This document shows, in pieces, positions 21,281 through 32,709 of a DNA stretch of 64,000 bases (its first letter is position 1; each line of letters starts with the position of its first letter). The translations under genes and the position numbers were made by a program. The notes beneath the pieces are model-generated. The model worked only from the letters and a program-made list of their open reading frames with translations. It searched no databases and was not told the DNA's origin. Source of the DNA: Phaeosaccion multiseriatum (taxonomy: Eukaryota > Protista > Ochrophyta, other classes); assembly GCA_965112735.1 (NCBI GenBank), contig OZ218964.1, positions 744,001 to 808,000 on the forward strand, in the 5' to 3' direction.

Positions 21281-22472
21281 GCTGCTGCTGGAGCCGATGC
21301 TGCGGCTGCTGATGCTGCTGCTGGTGGTGATGCGGAGGCCAAGGGGGGGTACTGTATAGTGAAGCACCAAACCCAAACTCTAGATGCGGTTGCTGCGGCT
21401 CCGCCCGTGTGTTGAAGTGGGGAAGATACATCATCTGCTCCTCCTGATAACCCTGCTGTTGCTGAGGCAGGGGCGGGGGCAGGGACAGCTGCTGGTAGTA
21501 GGAGGGAGACCGAAAGAACTGGTAAGGCCCCGGCCCAATGCCTCTTCCGTCGATGGGAGCATTCGCAGCACTCGCTTCTCCCCTTGTCGCCGGCACCACC
21601 GCCGCTGCTGTAGCTTCATCACTCACATGCCCTGTAGTCCGAGGCCGATACCGGATGCTCGGGGGGGGTCCCGACGGTCTCGAGACCATGCTATCACCAC
21701 TCATATCCTTGCGTCCACGCTTCCGCCCTGATGGCGGCAGGCTTTGCGCATGAGCTTCCAAGCTGCCGTAGGCCGGAAGCGCACTAGCCGCAGCCGCCGC
21801 AGGAGGATATCTCTCCCCTGCAATCGGAAGGGAACCATCAGCAGCAGCCGCAGCAGCAGCCGCAACAGCAGCAGTCGTAGCAGCAGTAGCAGCAGCGGCG
21901 GTAGCAGGATATCTCTCCGCCACGCCGCCTGCTGGGTCGGCCCCCTCGCCCCGGCCGGAGAGTCCGCTGTAGACTGTGCTAGTTCCGCCCACCCCCCCCA
22001 ATGGCCACACTCCGACTCCTGGTAGTAGCTGCCGATGTGGCTCCTGATGCGGCTGAGCAACATCGTGCAGCAGCGGTGGAAGCTGGGGCTGGTGACTGTG
22101 GTGATGGAAGTGGTACATGGGCCCTCGCTGCCGGACCTGCTGCTGCACCTGCTGCTGCACAGAAGGTGGCATGTGCCGCTGGTACTGCTGCTCCGGCGCC
22201 TCGAGGATCTGTTCCGCACGCTTCTTGGCCGACTTTGGTTTGGGACCCCGCTTCTTCTGCGCGCTGTACTGGCACGTGTCGCCCTTGCCCCTCAGCAAGC
22301 ACACGTTACATGGCAACTCGCCATTGCACTTGCGGTGCCAGCTCTTGCAAGTGGCACACGCGCCCTGCTGCTTCCTTACTGTCTTTTTCCTAACCGCTGC
22401 TGCTCCTGCTTGTGAAGATCCTGTGCCTTGTGGTGGAACGTTTGCTCCGGTTCCCCCTGAACCAGGCTCCAT
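18303..22472 (-). CDS. Zn(II)2Cys6 binuclear-cluster transcription factor, 1389 aa, intronless, with polyQ/polyE/GA tracts
   Basis: ACATCKSWHRKCNGELPCNVCLLRGKGDTCQY followed by KKRGPKPK. Confidence 0.88.
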
Positions 22473-22772
22473 CTGGAGCCGACCAGAGTGGCGGCCTTGC
22501 CTCCCTAGTGAGGGGCAGACACTGACAAGTCCATTGAAAAGGGGGTGTAGGCTTTTTAAGAGGAGCCCACCTCCTCCCCCTTTTGTGTGTTGAAGAGGAG
22601 GGAGAGGAGAGGAGGGAGGGGGAAAGTTGATATTGGCAAAATCACAACGCTAAATGATAACCCGAGAACACCATGACGTCAGAGTACGAGCCACTTCCCC
22701 CCTTCTATCCTTAATCCCCCCTTAAATCTCAGCTGTTAAATCTTGCTGGCCCCCCTTAAGTCTCAGGCCGGG

Positions 22773-23430
22773 GGCCGGCGCACACCGTAATCTTGTCCAG
22801 GGTCGAAAGGGAGGGAGGGAGGGAGGGAGGAGGGAGGGAGGGAGGGAGGGAGGGAGGGAAGGAGGGAGGGAGGGAGGGGAGGGAGGGGAGGAGGGAGGGA
22901 GGGAGGGAGGGAGGAGGGAGGGAGGGAGGGAGGGAAGGAGGGAGGGAGGGAGGGAAGGAGGGAGGGAGGGAGGGAAGGAGGGAGGGAGGGAAGGAGGGAG
23001 GGAAGGAGGGAGGGAAGGAGGGAGGGAGGGAGGGAGGGAAGGAGGGAGGGAGGGAGGCAGGGAGGGAGGGAGGGAGGGAGGGAGGAAGGGAGGGAGGGAG
23101 GGAGGGAGGGAGGGAGGGAGGGAGGAAGGGAGGGAGGGAGGGAGGGAGGGAGGGAGGGAGGGAGGGAGGGAGGGAGGGAGGGAGGGAGGGAGGGAGGGAG
23201 GGAGGGAGTCGACCCTGGACAAGATCATCTGATTCTGATTACGGCCGGCGCAGCCGGCCTGATTACTGATTATGACCGGCGCCAGCCGGCCTGGTTGCTT
23301 ACAGCCGGTGACCAGCCGGCCTGATTACTGATTTTGCGCCGGCCGGGGGCTGATTACTGGTTACGGCCGGCGCACACCGTAATCTTGTCCAGGGTCCAGG
23401 CTCCCCGGACAACAGCGTCAGCCGGCGGGC
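22773..23430. repeat. Composite repeat: 32-bp direct repeats, 17-bp inverted repeats flanking a ~400-bp (GGGA)n tract, and CCGG-rich/TGATTAC units
   Basis: Direct repeats 22773-22804 = 23365-23396. Inverted repeats 22790-22806 / 23209-23225. (GGGA)n at 22807-23208. Confidence 0.9.
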
Positions 23431-23762
23431 AGCTACACGACAAGGTCCGTATCGGACGGCGCTGGTATCGAAAGGGTGGGTATAGCCTGTGTGTGCGCGT
23501 ATGCGTGTGTGCATGAGAGCGTGTGCGTGCGTGTGTGTGTGTGTGCGTGTGTTTGTGTGTGTGTGATTGTGTATGTGTGTTTGTGTGTGTGGAGGGGAGA
23601 GGGGAGTGTTGAGTAGGAGTATGTGTGTGCATTCGGGTGCTGTGCGTGTTGTAGGCACCCACACAGGGGGCAACAGCCCCCAACAGTCACAACAGAAGCA
23701 ACACCGTCAGGTGCCTGCCCCTTGCCATTCGGGACGTTTCACCCCACCCCCAGCTTCCTAAC

Positions 23763-24988
23763 TTACGGGGGGGCCGTCGTCGTAGGAGGGCATGACCATG
23801 CCGTCGAAGCGGTGCGTACCATCGAGGCCCCCCGTGGCGAATGTGTACACGTAAAAGGCCAGCGTGAGGACGAGAACGGCCCCCGCTGCGAGGAAGGCCT
23901 GTCATCAGCCAGACATCAGGAGGGATATAGAGAGAGGAGAGGTGAGCAGCAGTCTGTATGCATACGTAAAAAGAAAAAGAAGGAAAAATGCCTGACCCCA
24001 CACTACATAGTTCAGTTCCTCCTCCTCGGAGGAGGGGTGGTCTGCTGTCTGACTGAAGTGACTGAACTGACCTGGTCGGAGGTGGCTCCTTCTGCCAGAT
24101 TCCCCTCTGGCGATCCCGAAACGTCCCGCTCCCCGTCATCGCCCACAAAATCAGAGAGCCCGCCAGGCTGTCTCCGGAGAGCAGAGGGACGAGGGTGTGG
24201 GGAGGGCGGCAGGGCAAAGGTGAGACTTTCCCCAAATCTGTGGAGTTCCGGCGCGCCAAAAACGGAATCTCCTCTTCTTTCCAGCCGAGGAGCTGCTTTC
24301 TGCTCATACGCGAGGGCAAAGACGAGCACCAGAGGCTTCCTTTAGAGTCCCAACGCACCGTCTTTTCTGTGAAGCGGAAGCCCCCGGGATTCTCCAAAAA
24401 CTGGATGGCACAGGAGGGGAGGGAGGGACAGAAGCAGCGTGATACACATGGGAGGAGCTAGGCCAGTAGAGCGGCTAATGCACAGATCACCAGCAGCCTT
24501 CCCATCTCCGCCTCACCTCCATCTCCCCCTCTTCGTTCCTAAAGGCAAGGATCTCTTTCCTCTGTCGGGGATTGCTCGTCTGGAAGGAGGGTGGAACAAA
24601 TGCGCGGAGTTTGTGTTCTCTAGAAGGAGAGAGAGGGAGCGAGCAGCAGCAACAGCAGCTATTTCCCTGGCCGCGCCAGCACGGCTGCCCTTACCCTTTT
24701 TCTCCGAAGCCGGTCTTGCTTCCGCTTGAGCTCAGGGTCCATCTCCTCCTCCTCATCGTCATCGTTGTCATCTGCTCCTGCATCTTCGTCGAACAGCGAC
24801 TTTCGAGCGAGCAGCACCGGCATTGGTTGCCTCAACACAAGGGAGATGGCGCTTGAGGTTGCCTTGACATTTCGCATCGCTCCTCTGCTGCTAAACTGAC
24901 TGCTGCCCACGAAGGCAACGGAGGGACACACCCCCAGGAGGCACATCCCTACAATACTCCTCTTTCTCACTCTGCTGCGCGCCTCCAT
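23763..24988 (-). CDS. Hypothetical, probably plastid-targeted, single-TM protein, multi-exon
   Basis: Leader ...GMCLLGVCPSVAF. Exons TSNPRQRKEILAFRNEEGEME / FLENPGGFRFTEKT / ... / AFLAAGAVLVLTLAFYVYTFATGG...PP*, with GT-AG borders. Confidence 0.6.
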
Positions 24989-25523
24989 GTCCTTTCTTCT
25001 TCTTCTTGTCGCGGGGGGAAGAACAAAAAAAGGGAGGCAGGAATAGGCTGCCATCCACACCCAAAAGTAAAGGCCGCCCATTCCCCCTTCCTCCCTATTA
25101 TTATTGCCCACATTCTCGGATCGGCTGGCGCCGGCGATAGCGGATAGCGGATAGTGCGTCAGGGGCCGAACCGCGGCCTAGAAATAAGAAACAGGCGATG
25201 GTCTATGACCCTCTCTAGGCCGGGCACTTTTAAAAGAAATAGGGGGGGGGGGGGGGGGGGGGGGCGCCGGCGTGCGTGGAGCTGATCAAGAGGGCCACGC
25301 CTCGGCCTTACGTCCTTCCAGACAGAGAGGATAAGCTCGAACAACGATTAAAGAGGGAAATGAAGCAAGATAAATTACAGTCTGGTTGTCGATGTGTGTC
25401 AGCTTTCCGCCCTCTCAACCCTTGCACATGTAACTTGTTCTCGCAGGACGGGTCGCGAGCGAGCGAGAGGCTCAGGACTTCCGTCGAGATAGCCAGCCTG
25501 GATTAAAGTAAAGCGAGGGCGCT

Positions 25524-26529
25524 TTAGACCTCCATCAGGGTGTAGGTCTGCGTCTCGACGAGGCTGACGCCATCAATCTTCTTGACAGCCTCGAGGAAAG
25601 CCGCCTCGGGAGCAAATTCCTTCCCCTCCCAGTCCCCGAACTTATCCGCAGGCAAGGCCGTAATGACCTTAAAGTCCAGACACCCTCCGCACACCACACG
25701 CTGCACCTTGCCCAGCCCCTTGATCTCGGGCAGCACCTTCTCCAGCTCCTCCTGGCACTTGACCAAAGAGGCCTGGATAGTAGGCAGAGAGTAGGCAGTG
25801 GGTGGAAAGAGAAGAGGCAATGGCAGAGAGTGAAAGGGGAAAAGAATGAGCGATGCCATGTAAGCAGTAGTACTAACTACTACGTGCATGTACGTATAGA
25901 ATTGCGGTGCGGTGCAAGCAGTTGATGGCAAATCATCGTCGCCATCATGGAGCGCACATAGAAGAGATTAGGAGGAGGACATGAAGGATTCAACAACAGG
26001 CAGCCATGGCCCACCTTGTCGTTATCCCCGCTCCACTTCATGCGCCACTCCCTGGCAATTGTGTCGAACTCTACGCCGGGTGCGATGGTAGACATTGCGA
26101 GCCTCTGGAATAAGCAGAAGCAGCAGCAGCAGCAGCAGCAGCAAGAAAAAAAACAGGATGGTTGAGGAGAGGAGCCACGGCGGATGAGAGGAAGAGCAGT
26201 CGTATGAACGACGGCATCCAAGGAAAAAGGGGCTCAGCCGACCAATGAGAGGAGACAGTCGTATGAACGCTGGCATCGTGCGAAAGGGGCGTAGCCGACC
26301 AAAGATCCAGAAGCAGTGGCCTCGCTCAGCAGCACTAGCACTAGCCGCAGCACTGCAGCAGCGCATCAAGCCGGTAGAGTATGCACCAACTCACCGGGGA
26401 GCGGAGCCCCTGAGAGAGAGAGGTACGGGCTGAGGGGGCGAGGCCTCGCCCCATGCCTCCCACCATAAAGGCCTTGGCCGGCGACAGCGCAACCGCTCCC
26501 ACCGCGAGCATATGAGCAATACGAACCAT
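25524..26529 (-). CDS. Conserved-looking small plastid-targeted algal protein with a CGGC motif, 3 exons
   Basis: Leader MVRIAHMLAVGAVALSPAKAF. Mature region STIAPGVEFDTIAREWRMKWSGDNDK / ASLVKCQ...VQRVVCGGCLDFKVI...VETQTYTLMEV. Confidence 0.75.
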
Positions 26530-26689
26530 ACTTACTTCTCACTCACAAATATATGATCTTGTGGTGCTGCTGTGGGCTGGGCAAATGAAGATGGCGAGGA
26601 TTGGGAGGGAAGGGAGAAGGAAGGGAAGCACAGTTTCAGTTTCAGCTTTTCTGAAGATCTGTCCTGTCCTCGTTCTTTGTGCAACTCTG

Positions 26690-28404
26690 ACAAGCTACGC
26701 CCTGCATTGCGCTGCTCATTATGGACGTCCTGTGTGTGTGAAGATTTTGCTCAAAGCTGGGGCCAAGATGTATTTGAGAAGGATGAGGATGGTGACACGC
26801 CTGCCCAGTGCTGCTGCGAGGCGACGGAGGGGGGGAGAGGAGGCTCACCAACCGAGCGGGCCGAGCTCTGTCGATCTTGTTTAAGTAGGGCGCAGACGCG
26901 CAGGTGAAGGACAGCCATGGTGGCACTCTCCTGCACGTTACCATGTTCTGCGGAAATGAGCAGTGCATCCCCATTCTTGTGGGTAGAGGGCTGCAGGTCG
27001 ATGCAACGAACAGGAATTTTTACACCCCGCTCCACTCGGCCTCTTACAGTGGACACTTGGGATGTGTGAGGGAGCTCATTCGCCGCGGTTCCGGTCTTGA
27101 AGATGTGACTGCATATGGCAACCCTCCCCTCCTGCTGGCTGTCGGCAAAAGCCACGTGGAGGTTGTCGGCGAGCTGGTGTGCGCAGATGCTCTGTTGATG
27201 TCAAGGACGACGACTCGATCACCCCACTGCATCTCGCGGCAGCCCTGGGCAGCATCAAGACGGCCTACCTCCTGGTGGAGGCTGGAGCGGCCGTTGATGC
27301 CCTCACCGATGATGGTGAGAGCCCTTTGGTATCGTGCATGCGGCCTGGACAAGTTTTGATACATTGCCAGGAGAAAGGGAGGTGCGTGAGCAGGTGGTTC
27401 GATTCCTGCTGAAGATATGCGCTGCTGTTGACGACAAGACCCTCACTGTGGCAGGAGAAGCAGGCCTCGGTGCCGTCATTGCTTCTTTCCTCAGGAATGA
27501 GCGGGAGGAGCGCTACGCTGTCAAAGGTAGGCTGGACACCATCGCTGACCACTTTTCATCCGTCTCGACTGGCACCGAGAATGCTGAGAGTGATGCTGCA
27601 GTGCGGGTTCGACTGGTGAATAAGCACAGTGGCGAGAAGGGAGAGAAGCAGTACGTCTTGAGTATCCCGTTGGTGGAGCAGCTGATGGAGAAGGCGAGAG
27701 TTGGGGAAAGGGGCGGAGGGCAGGAGAGAGCAGATGGGTCATTGGGCGGGGCACCAGCGGCAGGCATTCTCCCCAGTATACTTGACCCGAGGAAGCACGG
27801 CTACAAGCGCGGGGAGAAGAGCAAGGGAAAGAGCGAGGGCAAGAGCAAGGGCAAGAAGGAAATCAACAGCGTGGAGCTGGAGTATGATGGTGTGGACTTT
27901 ACCGAGGAGGCTTTCCAGGCTGTGGTGAAGTGTGCGAACACGACCAGTGTGGAGAAGCTGTTGACGAGGCAAACTGGGGCGGCAACAGCAAGAAAGAGGT
28001 GGGGGGGGAGCAGCAGCAGCCACCGCAGTAGCAAAGGCCGTATCTCTGGAGCGGGTGGAAGTAGCGCGGAAGGCGAACTTGGAGCAGAGGGTAAGGCCGG
28101 GGAGGAGAAGCAGAGGCTTCCAGCTTTGTTCGACGAGACGAGAGCGAAGCAGGCTCTGCAGGCAGTGGAGTTTATATGCTTGGAGGGCATGGCGAGTGAG
28201 GTGGAGACGTTGATGGGCGAGTACGGGTTTCAGCTGGAGGGGGGGGGGGATGGAGAGAGTGAGGATAGCGGCTCTGAGAAACCGTCGCGAAAGCGAAAAA
28301 GACGTGAACGAGAGCTTCAGAGTCTGCTTCTTGACCTTACCATTGAGGAGGTAGAGGTGGAGGAGGAAGGCTTCGGAGGTGCGAGAATAGAGAAAGGTCC
28401 GTAA
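26690..28404 (+). pseudogene. Frameshifted ankyrin-repeat protein with a BTB-like C-terminal region
   Basis: Ankyrin motifs ALHCAAHYG, DGDTP, GGTLLH, YTPLHSAS, GNPPLLLA, ITPLHLAA and DGESPL are spread over different frames (switches near 26770, 26900, 27190, 27340) without intron-sized gaps. Confidence 0.65.
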
Positions 28405-29372
28405 CCTATAACATGTTAGTGTTACGTCCCAGACCTGGAGCCAGCAAGCTTTCTTCCCTTCCTATCGGCGCCGCTGTTCGGCCTCTTCAGAATACCAAAA
28501 TCCGCCCTGGGCGTAGGAGACATCTGGATCTGACATGCCCTCCCCCCTGGCGCGCATGCGACAAAGGATTGTGCTTTTCGCACGCGAGAGTTCGAAGCAC
28601 CAGTCGTCGCCGTATGTGCTAGAGCTGCCTCTCTCCACCTTGAAGCGTACAGGAGAGAGGGAGCCCCCAGATAAAGGAGTGCTAAGGTGCTCCCACCAGA
28701 AGGGAGGAGCCTGAGAGAAAATACATTACAGAGAGCAAGTACGCTATCCCCACCCAGAGACAAGCTTCCTTGTGGTTAAGGAAGCTTTCCACTTGGTCTG
28801 TACGTGTCTTGGAGTGAGGAAAGGGGCCAGCCGGCCCCTGCAGATCCGTCGCACGCCCATTGACTTATGGTACACTGCCTACATAGTCATTACGTAATTG
28901 AGCCCTTCCAAGCTCCACCACAGATCCCTTCCTTGCCGAGACACTCTGTGTGGAGGCAACCAGCCAAGGCTCAATACGTACCACTCTCCTACTCAACATA
29001 TGACAGCAAACAAGTCCGACATACAGTCGTTTATATGAAAAGAAAACATGTCCAGCCAACCCAAGGCCGTTTATATGAAAGAAACCCAAACAATCCCCAA
29101 CCAAACACGAAGGAAACAACTAACACCCCTAGCGCGCGCTTGTAGCTACGGCCGTAGTAACCTACTCACCAGAAGGCTCTACTATTCACCAACACTCATC
29201 CTCGCTTACAGATGAGCACCGCCATGCTAGGGAAGAACCAGCCCGCTTGGTTGTGCTCCATTCCCTCCTCCGTCGTACTGGAGATCACAACCCATCAAGT
29301 CCGCTGAATATAGCGGGCGAATGCTGATGAGGCGCTGGCTGGTTGATGAAGCACAGCCAGTTCAAATGCCAA

Positions 29373-30644
29373 TCACGAAGTCCTTCGCGCCTTCTTTGGC
29401 GGTTCTGTGCCTCGGTGGATCGTGAGGTGTTCAGGCGCGGCCTTGGGAATCTCTGCGGGTTTGGTATCCTCTCCAGCCTTGACGTAGTCGTCCTCGTCCA
29501 CAGGTCCCCAGACGTTGGTCTTCGACTCGTCTTCGAGTTCGATGAGGTACGGATTTCCATCGTCCCAGGTCTGGATCACCTTGCCCGGAGTAAAGGCGTC
29601 CTCGACACTTGCAAGCACTTTATCACCTACTTTGAATCGCAGCGTTTGCGAGCAGACGCAATCAAGGAAACCCTTCATGAGCGCATCCTTATCGAGATCG
29701 CGACCGATGAAGACAAAGCAGCTTTCGCGCTTCTCGTCACCGCTCCACGTAGCATCCGCAAAGCCACCTGCAAAGAGCATGCCTACGCCCTGGAAAACAA
29801 ACTTCTCGTCCTTGCCAGCCACATTCAATACACCCTTGTACCGAAACAAGTCTGCGCCCATCGTCTGAAGGATCTCGCCAATATAGGCCTCTAGCTTGTT
29901 GACGTTCAGGTAACCTGAAAACTTGACGCTGGTCGATGAAACTCGCGGATCGTGCTCGTGCTCCTGGTCGGTGTTGAGAAACTCTGGGTCCATGTCCAGA
30001 GTCTTATTCAGGTCGAATGCGCTGATGCCGATCAGTATTTTAGGATCAACCTTGCTCTGAAGCGTTCTCAAAATCTTAGCCTCAGTATTGTGCATACGCA
30101 AGCGCTTCTCAATAGCCTCAAGCTCTTTCTCGTCGGTCACAAGATCCGTCTTGTTGAGCAGAATGCGGTCTGCAAACGCAACTTGTTCCTGGGCCTCGTT
30201 CTCAACGCCTTCGGGTTTCTCGTCGTCAAGACGCGCGACAATGTGCTTCGCGTCAACGAGAGTGATGATGCCGTCCAACTTGTAGTGTTCCTGGATCCAG
30301 TCGTCGACGAAGAAAGTCTGTGCTACCGGAGCAGGGTCAGCCAGGCCAGTCGTCTCGATGATGACTGCGTCGAACTGTGAAACCTTGGACCACAAATTCT
30401 TAAGTGCCACGACCAAATCACCTCGCACGGTGCAGCAAATGCAGCCATTCATGACTTCGACAACCTCTTCCGCAGCATTTTCAGATAGAATGCGCTCGTC
30501 CACACCGACTTCCCCAAACTCGTTCTCAATGATAGCGAAACGAAGACCGTGCGTCTTGTCTTCTAGGATATGGTTTAGGAGGGTTGTCTTACCCGCGCCA
30601 AGGAATCCAGTCAGAATAGTGACAGGCACCAGGTCAGGCGGCAT
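29373..30644 (-). CDS. cobW: COG0523/CobW-family (Zng1-like) metal-chaperone GTPase with CobW_C and a short C-terminal SH3-like extension; intronless
   Basis: PVTILTGFLGAGKTT, IIENEFGE, GCICCTVRGDL, IETTGLADPAP, NKTD, RYKGVL, FQGV, VFIGR. Start MPPDLVPV at 30644. Confidence 0.92.
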   Translation of the reverse strand: MPPDLVPVTILTGFLGAGKTTLLNHILEDKTHGLRFAIIENEFGEVGVDERILSENAAEEVVEVMNGCICCTVRGDLVVALKNLWSKVSQFDAVIIETTGLADPAPVAQTFFVDDWIQEHYKLDGIITLVDAKHIVARLDDEKPEGVENEAQEQVAFADRILLNKTDLVTDEKELEAIEKRLRMHNTEAKILRTLQSKVDPKILIGISAFDLNKTLDMDPEFLNTDQEHEHDPRVSSTSVKFSGYLNVNKLEAYIGEILQTMGADLFRYKGVLNVAGKDEKFVFQGVGMLFAGGFADATWSGDEKRESCFVFIGRDLDKDALMKGFLDCVCSQTLRFKVGDKVLASVEDAFTPGKVIQTWDDGNPYLIELEDESKTNVWGPVDEDDYVKAGEDTKPAEIPKAAPEHLTIHRGTEPPKKARRTS

Positions 30645-30862
30645 GATTATTGTGAAGATCTCCAAGCGCTCCAAAGAACGAAGAACGAGAGAGGAGGAAG
30701 AAAAAGATTTGTATTTCACGTGCCACCACAAACCACTGCTGCAAAAAAAGTTTCCAATGAGAATTTCGTACCCACGACCCCCGCGTTCATTTTTCACCTG
30801 GTGCCTTCCCCTGCCAAGATATCCGGCCTTCTCTGAATCCACACCAACCACGATTACGTCTG

Positions 30863-32709
30863 ATGAGCTCGTCTGTGCCAAGCCTCGCCTCTGTAGGCCT
30901 TGCTGGGAAGTGGGCGCTGGTCACCGGAGGCTGCAGCGGCATAGGTGATGTTCGGAGGAGCACACGTGGTGTTTTCGTTCCCCTCTTCCTCCTCCTTCTC
31001 CTCGCTCCCTCAGAGAGTTCCTAGGCTCCCAGTCACATGCACAGTCTTGCTTCCATTACTTCTAAGCAAGGCCTTGTTTCTCTTGCTGTAACATCTGTCA
31101 TGGAAAGGTGAAGCCATCACACTGGCGTTGTTGAAGGTAAGGTGTCGAGAGGCGTTCTTCCCTTTGAAGGAGACAGCAGTCGCATGTTCCTTAATTTCTC
31201 TCGTGAAATTCCCCCATACAGGCGGGAGTGGAGCATGTCATCACCCTCAGCAGCAACCCTCAGCAGTATGACTCATTCCTAGAGAGGAACTGCAGCGACG
31301 GAGCGGTGGGAGAAGTAGTGCGGTCGTGCACCTCCTTTGAACAGGCGGATCTCGCCTGCGTCTCGGAGTGCAAGAGCGCTGCAGAAGAGGCCAAAAAGCG
31401 GGCGAAAGAGGCCGGTAACTACATCGGCGTGCTCGTCAACAATGCGGGTGGGTGCGTACACCAGGGGTTGGTTAGACTCATTTGTGTGGTCTATTTTGAA
31501 CAAACGAACGACCTTTCCCTGCGGCCTGGTAGGCGTGGCCATTTGCGAGTCGCTCCTGGACACCACGACAGAGTCCTGGGACACCGTCATGGCCGTCAAC
31601 GTGCGCGCGCCCATGCTCCTGGCCCAGGTCAGCAGCGCAGAGCAGTAGCCGGAGCTGTGGTTTTGTGGACAGGGTCACGCGCAGAGGAACCAACCGAGGG
31701 GAATCGAGAGTCTTCAGCTACTGCTCTATTCCTAAACTTGGTCTCTCCTCTTTTGTTCCTCTCCTTCCTTCCGTGTTTTCCCTGTTGCTTGCGGTCCAGT
31801 CGCTGGCTGAGGTGATGATCGAGAAGGGCGGGGGGAAGATCATCAACGTCTCATCCGTAGCTAGCAAGGTGGGCCTGGCTGACCACGCAGGTAGGTGGGA
31901 TAGGGGCTTAGGGTAGGTGGGACGAGTGCTCAGTCAGCACACCATTTGGTACACACACTCCACCTGCGCCATATGGTCGGCCACTCAGCAGCAGAGCCGT
32001 CTCCTCCAACCCTGTGATGGAGCCACATGCAAAATCCAATGGTTCTCCGTCGCTCACTTTACTTCAGACTTGACCACCTCCGCCTTGCCCTTATCTGCGT
32101 GTCACCTGTCGTCACACTCCAACCAGCCTACTGTGCGTCCAAGGGCGCCCTGGACGCGCTCACCCGAGTGATGACGGTGGAGCTCGCAAGGCACAACATT
32201 CAGTGCAATACCGTCAACCCGACGGTGGTCATGACGGACATGGGGCGGAGGGTGTGGAGCCCACCGGAGAAGGGCGGGCCTGTGCTGGAGCGCATGCCCG
32301 CGGGGAGATTCGCAGAGCCGTACGAGGTGAGGGGTTGGAGCACACTGGCAAAGCTTTTGGAGGGCAACCGCCTTTTTGTTTACCTCTTTCAGCGAGACGG
32401 GACGGATGAGGGAGTCGAGGAAGTTGGGCTGTTGAGTGAAGCACCACCCTGGGATCCCCTCTCTACTTGTGTCTCCAATCATGCGCGCTCTGCAATCGTG
32501 TCTACCGCCCCACCTCCTCCTCCCCTGCCTGCCTCCCCTGCCTGTCCTTGCCCTTGCTGCTATGTGGCGTGATGCAGGTGGCCAACATGGTGGCCATGCT
32601 CGCCTCCGACTGCTGCTCCATGCTCAACGGACAGTCCATCTTCATCGAGGGAGGCATCACCTCCACCACCTTCGTCCCTCCCGCCCAGCAGGGTGCTGCT
32701 ACTCGCTAG
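30863..32709 (+). CDS. DCXR: Short-chain dehydrogenase, L-xylulose reductase (DCXR)-like, multi-exon
   Basis: ALVTGGCSGIG, VLVNNAG, NVSS, YCASKGALD, VNPTVVMTDMG; exons join at GT-AG. Confidence 0.85.

Noticed and set aside
22722-23269. PPSL- and GGRE-repeat ORFs
   Set aside because: Translations of the (GGGA)n microsatellite
30645-30881. N-terminal 79 aa of the 502-aa CobW ORF
   Set aside because: Non-ATG start that overlaps the divergent SDR start; family homology begins at MPPDLVPV
2049-32709. GLDH and the DCXR-like SDR as an ascorbate/uronate pathway cluster
   Set aside because: They are 24 kb apart with unrelated genes between them
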